Below, piece after piece: positions 37,901 through 45,858 of a stretch of DNA of 64,000 bases. The notes below the pieces were generated by a model. That model did no database searches and was not told the origin of the DNA. It saw only the letters and a program-made list of their open reading frames with translations. The first letter of the stretch is position 1, and each line of letters opens with the position of its first letter. A program made the position numbers and the translations under genes. Source of the DNA: Bdellovibrionales bacterium (GTDB taxonomy: Bacteria; Bdellovibrionota; Bdellovibrionia; Bdellovibrionales; UBA1609); assembly GCA_965261545.1 (NCBI GenBank), contig CBDHDF010000002.1:672001-736000 (forward strand), read 5' to 3'.

Positions 37901-38894
37901 TAACACTCCGACAAGTGAAGTGACATCGTTTGATGATGATGACAAGGAGCATACCTATGCGAACTCTGAAAGCTATACCATCACCATCACGGGGACGGTG
38001 GAAGGGTTTGAAAATAATGCAGCCCCCCTTAAAGGGCTTCTTGTTGAGGTGACCAACCTTGGACACATGGGATGGAAAGACTTATCTTATGCCTTTAGAA
38101 ATAACTCTTTTCTTGTTGCCGTTTTTGGGGGAAATACATCCAATGTCACCGACATGAGCCAAATGTTTGATGGAGCTCGAAAAGCAACCCCAGACACCAG
38201 TGGTTGGGACACTTCCAGTGTTACAAATATGTCATATATGTTTTCTAGCGCAATGAAAGCAACCCCAGACACCAGTGATTGGGACACTTCCAGTGTTACA
38301 AATATGTCATATATGTTTTCTAGCGCAATGAAAGCAACCCCAGACACCAGTGATTGGGACACTTCCAGTGTTACAAATATGTCATATATGTTTTCTCGTG
38401 CGCTCAAAGCAACTCCAGACACCAGTGGTTGGGACACTTCCAGTGTTACAAATATGACATCTATGTTTTCTAGTGCGACAAGAGCGACTCCAGACACCAG
38501 TGGTTGGGACACTTCCAGTGTTACAAATATGACATCTATGTTTTATGCAGCCTCGCAAGCTAACCCAGACATAAATGGTTGGGACATTTCTAATGTCACT
38601 CATATTACAAGTATGTTTAAAGGCGCCGAAAATGCAGATCCAGATACAAGTAGATGGGACTTCAGCAACATCGTATCTATGAATAAGATATTCGAAGGAG
38701 TGGGGCTTTCTATTGCAAATTATTCAAAATTTTTAATAAGAATCAACGAAAAAACACCTAAGCACCACCTTCATGGTCCCACCGTTAATAAAAGGATATC
38801 TGTCTACAAATTAAGGTACAACTCTAGTGCGACATCCGCTCGTACAAGCTTAAAAAGTAAGGGTTGGACCATCACAGATGGAGGATTGCAGTAG
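31938..38894 (+). CDS. Giant secreted/surface protein: five modules of two-Cys Ig-like + PKD-like (VDWGD) + DUF285/BspA-like 25-aa repeats + cap
   Basis: Signal-peptide-like N-terminus; repeats WDTS.VTNMS.MF..A...PDTS.; each module ends NYSKFLI...W.ITDGG. Confidence 0.9.
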   Translation: MKTKCTHILRCMSLLSFSIFLLFSSSHSYSTTPNVPAPTSTPAAGVGSSGNSAPQSSSSSSSRGAALLSINDPGPLPTRLADVTGFTFYKPRQSKEDAKTTPPFRYYGGSDASNPERYNRYSHRVYYNNWSYKQMKRLYTNLLEMHINWCRQLRGSEDSPRRSENFRRQLSWHRKICYADASHDPAYRVNGTCDSSLGDVRVSIGSRGTHQYVSCEKDNTFEARFGANILLVSVADSPAKVVASQEQAMGRNRSLTTKAIISVANEFPIFITRWNIPSDNYSFTLPLKPGLNYNFLVHWGDGAGIDVRWGETYTITSFDDADKTFVYSNRGDTIIMIIGTMEGFQNTSDERGNLYEVSKLGNMGWKDLSEAFSGNIELRGVYGGNTSKVTNMSAMFAGASVVHPDTIWDTSNVTNMSAMFANAFVSQPNTSNWDTSKVTNMSAMFENAQYPNPNTSNWDTSKVTNMSSMFKNTQDANPNTSNWDTSKVTNMSAMFANTHRANPNTSSWDTSKVTNMSAMFANNIHRLNPNTSSWDTSKVTNMSYMFADNTKANPDTSNWDTSKVTNMSAMFKKALRANPNTSSWDFTQVQSLARQLDHVSFLTYGAGAANSLQPGKFHTPIQEVAIPSSERGLASVFKSPSLSVDNYSKFLIRLDQKPPTSSNLIKVIDVGTLKYKPSAINAREGLAEKGWSITDGGPDAKDLYFDSISLPVLSQNNARAYKVRGSCDPDLGNVTITIGVGDSKVVKEFTCNSDNTFLAILDLRNIVSPQVTIRSSQGTGDSVFGVSKSFVLANDMNHFVTEWSISEPPFTFTLPLKPGLRYNFTVDWGDGSSKSEVTSFDDSDKVHTYQNIGKVTIKITGLVEGFHNSFDNGLLHNNLLLKVLNLGNMGWKDLSHAFENNVNLTVFRGGNTSNVTNMSHMFNGATKANPDTSGWDTSRVFDMSAMFSEAARANPDTSGWDTSHVVTMGHMFSKTTLANPDTSGWDTSRVVNMEQMFLEATQADPDTSGWDFQSLYALAPQFTDLPPELPEPVVRGSRRIFFNTFRSSGLSVENYSKFLISLNEKPPKNNSLIRKINVGTLKANLSAFGARASLLEQDWTINDGGIDNQEIYLDTTSFPPISLSNAGAYRIQGSCNSDFGKIRVVAGEPRVQKELTCNADNTFIGIFNLQNIYSHPVKFTVSQGATGSVSSKSFELANEMNRFITEWKLPQGDFTLPLKPGLEYNFTVDWGDKSAVSEVTSFGDSDKVHRYAQRGEYIITITGLVEGFQNNNRSLGYLGTAHDLLSVLVLGDMGWKDLSRAFEHNGSLGIFRGGNTSNVTNMSFMFSNALLVKPDTRGWDTSNVTDMRNMFQGAASANPDASGWDTSNVTDMRNMFQGAASANPDASGWDTSNVTNMYSMFQGAASANPDTSGWDFRNVNFVQGNNRGLTDIFKLSILSVDNYSKFLIAIDKKTPTTSTGIWKKIDVGTLKCNGSAAEARKRLIHNGWTLTDGGDCHPDLSMNMAALSPLSSSNQGSYTVSGTCQTHLGNVNIVVGNPEVEKSLPCVGSLFSGAIDLQSVYSHEVTIAISQAGSSSTVSHTLVNKTNQFVTVWGIRRGDKLTLPLKKGLKYDFTVDWGDGTTGRVTSFKDADKKHTYPPSNTAKKYVVIIKGTVEGLKSNDFSKTNLFEVINLGHMGWKDLSNAFTKNTRLTKVLGGNTSDVTNMDRMFFKASLLETLDTSGWDTSSLVSMNEIFKGATKVNPDVSGWDTSQVENMVGVFDGATQANPDTSGWDFSKVRTSTSSKHSGVGSLQALFRSSGLSVENYSKFLIALDERRPNTQDFLERVINVGLLKYNTSAESARGNLVSHWIITDGGLEGAEGNINVPILAPNGLQPLSLANGGIYGIQGTCNANDGDVTVVIGEPNMQKDLACADNNAFSGSFDVQHVSSHPVTITISQDQGSVVVSESVANRINRFVTKWEIPSANYVFTLPLKDNLNYDFTVDWGDNTPTSEVTSFDDDDKEHTYANSESYTITITGTVEGFENNAAPLKGLLVEVTNLGHMGWKDLSYAFRNNSFLVAVFGGNTSNVTDMSQMFDGARKATPDTSGWDTSSVTNMSYMFSSAMKATPDTSDWDTSSVTNMSYMFSSAMKATPDTSDWDTSSVTNMSYMFSRALKATPDTSGWDTSSVTNMTSMFSSATRATPDTSGWDTSSVTNMTSMFYAASQANPDINGWDISNVTHITSMFKGAENADPDTSRWDFSNIVSMNKIFEGVGLSIANYSKFLIRINEKTPKHHLHGPTVNKRISVYKLRYNSSATSARTSLKSKGWTITDGGLQ
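33090..33695 (+). repeat. ~75-bp tandem repeats, ~8 units (module 1 DUF285 array)
   Basis: Recurrent CTGGGACACYTCAAAAGTTACTAACATGTCA. Confidence 0.9.
38135..38665 (+). repeat. 75-bp tandem repeats, ~7 units (module 5 DUF285 array)
   Basis: Recurrent TGGGACACTTCCAGTGTTACAAATATG. Confidence 0.9.
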
Positions 38895-38980
38895 TCGCAG
38901 AGTTTTAGCAGGGGCCCGCAGCAAGACAGCTGTCGTGTTGCTGTCGTAGTTGCTGTCAGTGGTTGTTTTCATGAGTGTAT

Positions 38981-39012
38981 GTGCCGGTGCCGTTGGGGGA
39001 CCGGCACTTTAA
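38981..39012 (+). terminator. Probable intrinsic terminator after the giant surface-protein gene
   Basis: GTGCCGGT...ACCGGCAC followed by TTTAATTT. Confidence 0.6.
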
Positions 39013-39072
39013 TTTGTTTTTTCGGTGCTCTCAAGGTTGCTTTCAAGGTGAGGAGCGGCGAACCTTCAAAGG

Positions 39073-40791
39073 TTGTGGAACTTAAAAATGCTCATAGACT
39101 TTAAAAAGGACCTTGCCCATATCTTAGGAAAGGTCACCCATCAAGAGACAAATTTTATCTTAAATCTATTTGAGAATCCCAAGAATATGGATCATGGGCA
39201 CTTGGCTTTTCCGGTTTTTTTTATGGCTCGCCAAAGGCGCAAGTCTCCCCCCCGGATCGCTCAAGAGCTGGCACTGGAGCTTGAGAATTTAAATTTAAGC
39301 CCTGTGCGGGCGGCTTCGCCTGTGGGTGGCTATGTCAATATTCACCTCAAGGATGATTGGCTTCAACAAAGTCTTGTAAAGAAGTTAAGGCTTCAGGGAG
39401 AAGAATTTGGCTTTGGACAAGGGGGGAAAGGAAAAACGGTCGTTATTGATTTTTCATCTCCCAACGTGGCAAAGCCCATGAGTGTGGGGCACCTGAGGGC
39501 CACGGTGATTGGGCAAGCCATGTGTCACCTGGCGCGCAGTCAAGGCTATGAGGTTATTGCTTTGAATCATCTTGGGGACTGGGGAGTTCAGTTTGGGAAA
39601 TTGGCATGGGCCTATGAAAAGTGGAAGAGTCAATACTCCTTTGACAAAGACCCCTTTGAGGCTCTTTTTAGTATATATGTTCGTTTTCATGAGGCGGCTG
39701 AAGAAGACCCTCAATTAAATATCGAGGGGTCCTTGATGTTTAAAAAATTAGAAGAGGGGGACCCTCAGGTGGTGGCTCTTTGGAACAAATTTGTTGAGAT
39801 CTCCATGAAGGAGTATAAAGAAATTTGGGATATTTTGGGAGTAAAATTTGACCTTGTGAGGGGGGAGTCTTTTTATAACAATCGTCTCAAACCTACGGAA
39901 AAGCTTATTGAAGACAAGGGGCTTCTTGAAGAAAGTGATGGTGCTCAAGTGGTTCGCCTTGATGAAGAGGGAATGCCTCCTTGTCTTATACGAAAAAGTG
40001 ATGGGGCCTCCCTTTATGCCACCCGTGATATTGCCAGTGCCATTTATCGAATGGAGGAGTTGGGGGCAGACAGCAACCTCTATGTGGTGGGCATGGATCA
40101 GTCTTTGCATTTTAAGCAGGTTTTTCGTGTGATAGAAAAAATGGGGTATCCGTGGGCCAAGGACTGCCATCACATTTCTTTTGGAATGTATCGTTTCAAA
40201 GAGACAAAGATGTCCACGAGAAAGGGAAATGTTATTTTTCTCCGTGATGTGGTGGAAAGGGCCGTGGAGCTTGTTCAAGAGATCATGGAGTCAAGAAAAG
40301 TGAAACCTACAAATGTTGAAGAAGTGGCTCGTCAAGTTGGAATTGGAGCCATCGTTTTCAACGACCTTTTCAATGATCGTATGAAGGATATAGATTTTCA
40401 TTGGGACAAAGTTTTGGATTTGGATGGAAATAGCGGCCCCTATGTTCAATACTCTCAAGTTCGCTGCCACAGCCTTATGAAGAAATATGGAAAAGAAATT
40501 CCTGAGATTTGGCCAGCGATTTTGGAATCTCCAGAGGAACGCGCTCTTGTTAAGGTTCTCCATGGTTACGAAGAAACTTTGACCAACTCCTTTACACACT
40601 TTAAGCCTCACTTTATGGCCAACTATTTGATTGAAGTTTGCCAGTCGTTTGGGAATTTTTACCACAAGCATCGAATCCTTGGAGAGCCTTCGGATATAGA
40701 GGCTTCGCGTATGGGTTTGGTGGCTGCCACTCAAAAAATCTTACAATATGGATTGAGGATTTTAAATATAGAGTCCCCTGAGGAAATGTAG
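39073..40791 (+). CDS. argS: Arginine--tRNA ligase
   Basis: DFSSPNVAKPMSVGHLR, NHLGDWG, KSDGASLYATRD, KMSTRKG, GNSGPYVQY, C-terminal EEM. Start may be 39088. Confidence 0.97.
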   Translation: MWNLKMLIDFKKDLAHILGKVTHQETNFILNLFENPKNMDHGHLAFPVFFMARQRRKSPPRIAQELALELENLNLSPVRAASPVGGYVNIHLKDDWLQQSLVKKLRLQGEEFGFGQGGKGKTVVIDFSSPNVAKPMSVGHLRATVIGQAMCHLARSQGYEVIALNHLGDWGVQFGKLAWAYEKWKSQYSFDKDPFEALFSIYVRFHEAAEEDPQLNIEGSLMFKKLEEGDPQVVALWNKFVEISMKEYKEIWDILGVKFDLVRGESFYNNRLKPTEKLIEDKGLLEESDGAQVVRLDEEGMPPCLIRKSDGASLYATRDIASAIYRMEELGADSNLYVVGMDQSLHFKQVFRVIEKMGYPWAKDCHHISFGMYRFKETKMSTRKGNVIFLRDVVERAVELVQEIMESRKVKPTNVEEVARQVGIGAIVFNDLFNDRMKDIDFHWDKVLDLDGNSGPYVQYSQVRCHSLMKKYGKEIPEIWPAILESPEERALVKVLHGYEETLTNSFTHFKPHFMANYLIEVCQSFGNFYHKHRILGEPSDIEASRMGLVAATQKILQYGLRILNIESPEEM

Positions 40792-40973
40792 CTTGAAGAA
40801 ATGCATAGTGGTCCCTTGCTAATCAAAATATCACTCTCAACAACTTAAACTCAGTTAGGATAAAATCATAAAAATTTCTTCGAGGTCAAAGGAACCCATG
40901 AAAAGTCCGTCAAAATAAAGTATTGGATCTCAGGACAGGCGGATTGAATTGATTTGACCGGTGCGTCGGGCAT

Positions 40974-42035
40974 TCACTCCTTCAAAATCTTGGTGACAAA
41001 AGGTGATGTCATGGCGCGAAGCACTGCGCTGTAGTTGGGTTGGAGCGTGATCTCGGCACCAACGGTCGCTTTGTTGTTGCCCAAATTCAGAATGAGATGG
41101 TCACTGCTGGCCCCGACAATCTCGATTCCAGAGGATGCGGTGAGGCCTTCTGGATCGGTATCCTGATGTCCGACTGCCAGAATTGCCTGAGAGATCAATC
41201 CGCGATCCTTGAGAGCCGGCTTGGCACCAAATGCAGTTTGGGCGATATTGCCCCATGGTTGCGACGGTTTGACCTTGGACTCGATCACTCCTGCGACGAG
41301 TGTGATGGCATCGGTGTAGAGTCCATGGATCGGTTGGCGATGAAGAGCCTCCACGCCGAGCAGGATTGACTCACCGAGACGAAGATCGTTGATCCTTCCG
41401 GTGCCTGCTGTACTGAACACCCACTGAAGATTGCCGGAATTCCCTCCGGAGACGATATCGAGGGTGAGACCGAAGGCTGCATCAATGGAATCGGCAAGGG
41501 CAGATAGCTTTGACATGTTTTCAGCATCGGGGGACACGCCGCTCCGGCAAGCGAGGTTCGTGCCGATACCCTTCAGCACGATATTTCTGCAGCGAAGCGT
41601 CTCACGCACGGTGCTGAGGAGATCCTCTGGCATGATCCCCTCCCTAAGATCTCCAAGCTCAACCATGAGCACAATTCCATGTGTCCGCCCCGACCTATAT
41701 GCGGCATCAGAGAGCGCTTCGATGACCTCCAGTTCAGTATTGAAACTGACATCGGCATGCGCCACGACCCGTTGGACCTGACTCACCATTGGAGAGCGGA
41801 TCAGTGTTATTGGCGCCAATATCCCCGCACCTCGCAGCGTTTCGATGTTCTCAATGCGGGAGTCGCCGATCCCTCGTACGCCTGCCTGAAGCAACACGCC
41901 GGCAATTTCGGGTGACCCCAAGATTGCTTTGGTAACTCCGGTGACGGAGATGCTGCGGAGTCTCAGCCGCTTGACGAGTGTGAAAGCATTATGGTGGATC
42001 TTTTTGAGGTCGATCTCCAAACGCGGTGCGGTCAT
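40974..42035 (-). CDS. Alanine/ornithine racemase-family PLP-dependent enzyme
   Basis: TGVTK (PLP Lys), DSRIEN, MVELGDLREG, SGGNS, LRLGESILLG, GASSDHL. Confidence 0.9.
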   Translation of the reverse strand: MTAPRLEIDLKKIHHNAFTLVKRLRLRSISVTGVTKAILGSPEIAGVLLQAGVRGIGDSRIENIETLRGAGILAPITLIRSPMVSQVQRVVAHADVSFNTELEVIEALSDAAYRSGRTHGIVLMVELGDLREGIMPEDLLSTVRETLRCRNIVLKGIGTNLACRSGVSPDAENMSKLSALADSIDAAFGLTLDIVSGGNSGNLQWVFSTAGTGRINDLRLGESILLGVEALHRQPIHGLYTDAITLVAGVIESKVKPSQPWGNIAQTAFGAKPALKDRGLISQAILAVGHQDTDPEGLTASSGIEIVGASSDHLILNLGNNKATVGAEITLQPNYSAVLRAMTSPFVTKILKE

Positions 42036-43270
42036 CAGCTCGTGACCGTCCGCATCTTCGCAAGTGCAGGAATCGCCGGACGGACCATGTCCAGCAACCG
42101 TTCGGGCGGGCGGCTCAAGGCGTCCGTGACCGGAATTTCCAGATCACCCTCGTACTGGATAATGGCGGCACTTACCGCTTCATGTGTCATGTTCTCGTGG
42201 TTGATCGTGAGGCCGATAACCTTCGTATCGGCGAAGGTCTGGATAAGATTGATTTCGCTAGCCGGCGATGGCATCGCCATCTGTTCGAAGTCGCAGCGAT
42301 GACACCGCCCCGGGGCATGCTGCAAAATGACTCCGGTGGGCCTGCTGCCCCTCAAAATGAATGACGAGGAGCTGAAGGCCGGATGACTTAGCGCGCCTTG
42401 ACCTTCGATGATGATCACATCCGGACTCTCTTCTTGGAACGCCTCGATGATGGTCGCCTCCAACTCACCGGAGCAAAATTGCGATGGAACGGCATCGAGC
42501 GCAACACCGTAGCGGGCTCCTTGAATCAAGCCGGTCTGGCCAGTGCCGACCATGACGGCTTTCAAGCCGTGATCGTTGAGAACACGGGTCAGGATCGTGG
42601 CGGTGGTGCGCTTGCCGATGGCGCTGTCGGTTCCCAGCAGGGCAATTCGCGGGCAGGTGACTTCAGCGATTCGATCTTCGAACATCCGCAGATCTTTCTT
42701 GGCGCGGGGTTTTCGCATGTCAAGGATCACGACGCTATTCGCTATGCTCGCAGCCACAAACTCCGGGTCGTCGGTCAGGAATTCATGGAGACCGCTCACG
42801 ACATTCATTCCGCATGCCAAGGCATCGAGTATGATGCCTCGCTCACCTGTCGACAGCATTCCACTCTTGGGCGCTATCCCGAAGATGAAGTAGTCAGGGA
42901 CACGTACGGTGCGAGACAGGGCGTCAGTGAGATCGCAGCAAATCGGGATGGCGTTGGCCTTCCCATCAAGCACCTCGCCGGTGTCGAGTCCAGCCTGCTT
43001 GCTATCGATCACCGAAAGGATTTTGTACTTCTCTGAATGACGGATGAGCCCGTTGGCCGTCTTACCGTTGATTTCACCGAAGCTTTCTTCGCAATAGATG
43101 ACCGCCGTCGCAGTCCGCTTCCGCTCATTGGATGGGATCGTTACGGGACAATTAATACTAGGAGAGTACGGAGCGACGGCGAGCGTATTTGACAGTTTTT
43201 CCAACGGGGTAATGGGCATCGAGGCTCCTTGAGTAAAAATGTGAACTGGCGAGCGGATAACGAAGGTCAC
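42035..43270 (-). CDS. DUF1611-family P-loop protein (DgcN-like)
   Basis: GKTANGL, SGLHEFL, GTDSAIGKRTT, GTGQTG, IEGQGAL.HP; stop overlaps the racemase start. True start may be ~43219. Confidence 0.9.
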   Translation of the reverse strand: MTFVIRSPVHIFTQGASMPITPLEKLSNTLAVAPYSPSINCPVTIPSNERKRTATAVIYCEESFGEINGKTANGLIRHSEKYKILSVIDSKQAGLDTGEVLDGKANAIPICCDLTDALSRTVRVPDYFIFGIAPKSGMLSTGERGIILDALACGMNVVSGLHEFLTDDPEFVAASIANSVVILDMRKPRAKKDLRMFEDRIAEVTCPRIALLGTDSAIGKRTTATILTRVLNDHGLKAVMVGTGQTGLIQGARYGVALDAVPSQFCSGELEATIIEAFQEESPDVIIIEGQGALSHPAFSSSSFILRGSRPTGVILQHAPGRCHRCDFEQMAMPSPASEINLIQTFADTKVIGLTINHENMTHEAVSAAIIQYEGDLEIPVTDALSRPPERLLDMVRPAIPALAKMRTVTS

Positions 43271-43515
43271 TTCGGATCCTTCGCATACCGTTTAGCCACA
43301 TAGACCTAAATGTGGTTGCGCCGCCGTCCGAACCAGCGGTGTGGTCACCTGAGCCAACTAGATTGCGGCGCCGATCAATCATGGGGCCGACGCTGGCTGT
43401 GTGAAGAATCCCAGAAGTACCAAGGGATGTATTATTGATTATTGATTCTAGCCCATTTCGCCGTCGAAAGTCAAGACTTTGTCGCAGACACTGCGTGGAC
43501 CGGTTCTTCTCGATC

Positions 43516-43650
43516 CAATGCCGTTTCCTTAAGCCACCACACCTCTGTGCGTTAAGCTATTTCTTTTAAAAGAACTCCCAGCCCTTTTGAGAGACCTTTC
43601 ATAGCTTCTTTTGAAGTGCCTCCTCTTCTCCATTGAAATCTTCACAGCAA
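43516..43650 (-). mobile_element. Right-end fragment (~130 bp) of the IS4-family element seen at the window start
   Basis: 18-bp IR plus transposase 3' end whose TAA stop lies inside the IR; 43583-43644 matches window 1-62 with one mismatch. Confidence 0.9.
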
Positions 43651-43665
43651 TTCCATTTCCACTCG

Positions 43666-44484
43666 CTAAATATCTATTTTTTCGGAAAGCTTCTGAAGCC
43701 TTTGTTGAATGATATCCTCAGGAAGACCTTTGAGTTCATAGAGGCCCTTGAGGCGATCCATAAGATCTTTTCGATAAGACTTTGTGGTGTGCTTAAGCCC
43801 AAGGATATAATCTTCTAGGGTTTGAATTCCCAAATCAACTTGGCCGGCTCGTGTGAGGATTCTCGAAGCTAAAGATTTGACCCAAACAGGCCCCCCTGCA
43901 TTGCCCGCTTGAATGAGCAACTCTGCGGCTTTATCCAGTTCCTGGAGTTCATAGAGGTAGTGGTAGGCGGCCCTATACAAAATAGGCCAATCATTGGGAA
44001 AGTACTTAAAAGCTCTTTCGTAAATAGCTTTTGCCCCCAAGTGGTCATCGATAAGGACACTGAGGGTGGAAGCTCCCACAGCATAGGGCATACGAAAATG
44101 GGGTGTGAGCCTAGTGATGGCATCCAATAGGCGAAAGGACCAACCTTTGTTGCAGATATTTTTTCGTACGGGAATGAGAATTTCATCTCTAAACTTATTA
44201 GCACCTCCCGCTACGTTTCTCGGTAGTGATGGCTTGGGCAAGACGGAACTTCGTGCCACTTTTTTGGCTCCGCAAACATCCACATCCTGAACCCATCGTA
44301 ACCACAAGCTATCTGACATGGACTCATTGTAGCCAAAACTAAAGTGGTGAATATATTTAGGTGGAGGTATATAAATAGGTGGGTCTTCTCTATCGACTTC
44401 GTAGTAAGCCCAATATTTTTGAGTTACTAGCGTGCCCAAGAAGCAAAGGCAGATCAAGGCCACATATCTTATAGATTCTACCAT
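43666..44484 (-). CDS. Hypothetical membrane-anchored TPR-like protein
   Basis: N-terminal hydrophobic helix; helical repeats (AKAIYERAFKYFPNDWPILYRAAYHY). Confidence 0.7.
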   Translation of the reverse strand: MVESIRYVALICLCFLGTLVTQKYWAYYEVDREDPPIYIPPPKYIHHFSFGYNESMSDSLWLRWVQDVDVCGAKKVARSSVLPKPSLPRNVAGGANKFRDEILIPVRKNICNKGWSFRLLDAITRLTPHFRMPYAVGASTLSVLIDDHLGAKAIYERAFKYFPNDWPILYRAAYHYLYELQELDKAAELLIQAGNAGGPVWVKSLASRILTRAGQVDLGIQTLEDYILGLKHTTKSYRKDLMDRLKGLYELKGLPEDIIQQRLQKLSEKIDI

Positions 44485-44624
44485 ATATAATACTATCAAA
44501 CAGGGGTTTGTCCCTGTCAAGGCTTGCCGGCCGCTGTGGGGCTTGCTAGGCTTGGGTCAAGCTGCTTACGCTTTTTTTTCGTCAAGGTACATAGAGGGTC
44601 AAGATGATGGAGGGGGGAGAGAAA

Positions 44625-45854
44625 ATGACCAAAATACAATTGCGACCTACCACTGTGGTGGCGGGGTTTATTTTATTTTGTTTATTTTTATGTTTATTTT
44701 GGGGATGCTCCGTTCTATGGAGGAAGTTGTCCCCCTCTTCCTACACCCAGGCCCCTGGTGATATTAGCATTATGACTTATAATGTCGAAAATCTCTTCGA
44801 TACCCTCCACGATGAGGGAACAGAAGATTATACCTTCTTACCCATAGATCAAAAGCAAACGGATCGCCACAAGTTCCAGTGTGAAAAAATTCGCTCCACC
44901 AAGTATAGAGAGCAGTGTCTCTATATGGATTGGTCTCCTTCTATGCTGGAGCGCAAAATGCACCGCTTGGCCCAAGTGATCCTTCAGATGAATCATGGCC
45001 GAGGCCCCGACATCCTCGTTATGCCTGAAGTGGAAAATCTTAGGGTCCTTAAGCTATTTAATGATAAGCACCTTCAGCCCGCTCAGTACACCACTCTTGT
45101 TCATTTGGAGGGACCTGATAAAAGGGGCATTGACACCTCCATTTTGTCAAGACTTCGACCTGCCTTCAAGCCCCCTGCTTTGCATAAAGTTTCCTTTCAA
45201 GGTAGGAATCCGGGAGAGCAAAAATGGATGAGTCGTTCTAGGGGGATTTTGGAGGCCCGGCTGTTGCTTCCCAATGAACAGGAATTGGCCGTTTTTGCTG
45301 TTCACTTTCCATCTCCAAGAAACCCCACGCATTGGCGTCAGCAGGCCATTGTCTTTCTCAGCGATCTTCAGTCTCAGTTGCCCAAGGATGTTCTCGCTAT
45401 TGCTGCTGGCGATTTTAATATTAGCCAAAAAGAAGAACGGTTCCACCATCTGTACGAGAATCAGTTGGGCAAGAACTGGCTGATTTCTCATAAGCTGGGA
45501 TGTCACCAGTGCAAAGGTACGAATTACTACCACAGTGGGCGTCAGTGGTCTTTTCTTGATGCCATTCTCTTTGACAAACGCCTTTCCAAGGCAGGTCAAG
45601 AAGGGCCTCCGTCTTCTTGGTTTGTGGATAGCCTATCCATCCATATTCCCACTCAGTCGATTTATCAAGTCAGTCGCAGGGGAAGTCCGGCCCGTTTTAA
45701 TAATGGTCTAAGTTCTAGGGGGGTCAGTGATCATTGGCCTGTTGTTGCAGTTCTTAAACCTTACCCATTTTATGCCAAAAACTCCACTTTCAAGAACCCC
45801 ATTTCTAAAAACTCGGATATACCCAAAAACTCCATTCAAGAGCCCAAGGACTGA
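44625..45854 (+). CDS. Exported endonuclease/exonuclease/phosphatase (EEP) family protein
   Basis: MTYNVENLFD, PEVEN, AVHFPS, AGDFN, FLDAI, SDHWPV; N-terminal signal/TM. Confidence 0.9.
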   Translation: MTKIQLRPTTVVAGFILFCLFLCLFWGCSVLWRKLSPSSYTQAPGDISIMTYNVENLFDTLHDEGTEDYTFLPIDQKQTDRHKFQCEKIRSTKYREQCLYMDWSPSMLERKMHRLAQVILQMNHGRGPDILVMPEVENLRVLKLFNDKHLQPAQYTTLVHLEGPDKRGIDTSILSRLRPAFKPPALHKVSFQGRNPGEQKWMSRSRGILEARLLLPNEQELAVFAVHFPSPRNPTHWRQQAIVFLSDLQSQLPKDVLAIAAGDFNISQKEERFHHLYENQLGKNWLISHKLGCHQCKGTNYYHSGRQWSFLDAILFDKRLSKAGQEGPPSSWFVDSLSIHIPTQSIYQVSRRGSPARFNNGLSSRGVSDHWPVVAVLKPYPFYAKNSTFKNPISKNSDIPKNSIQEPKD

Positions 45855-45858
45855 AACC

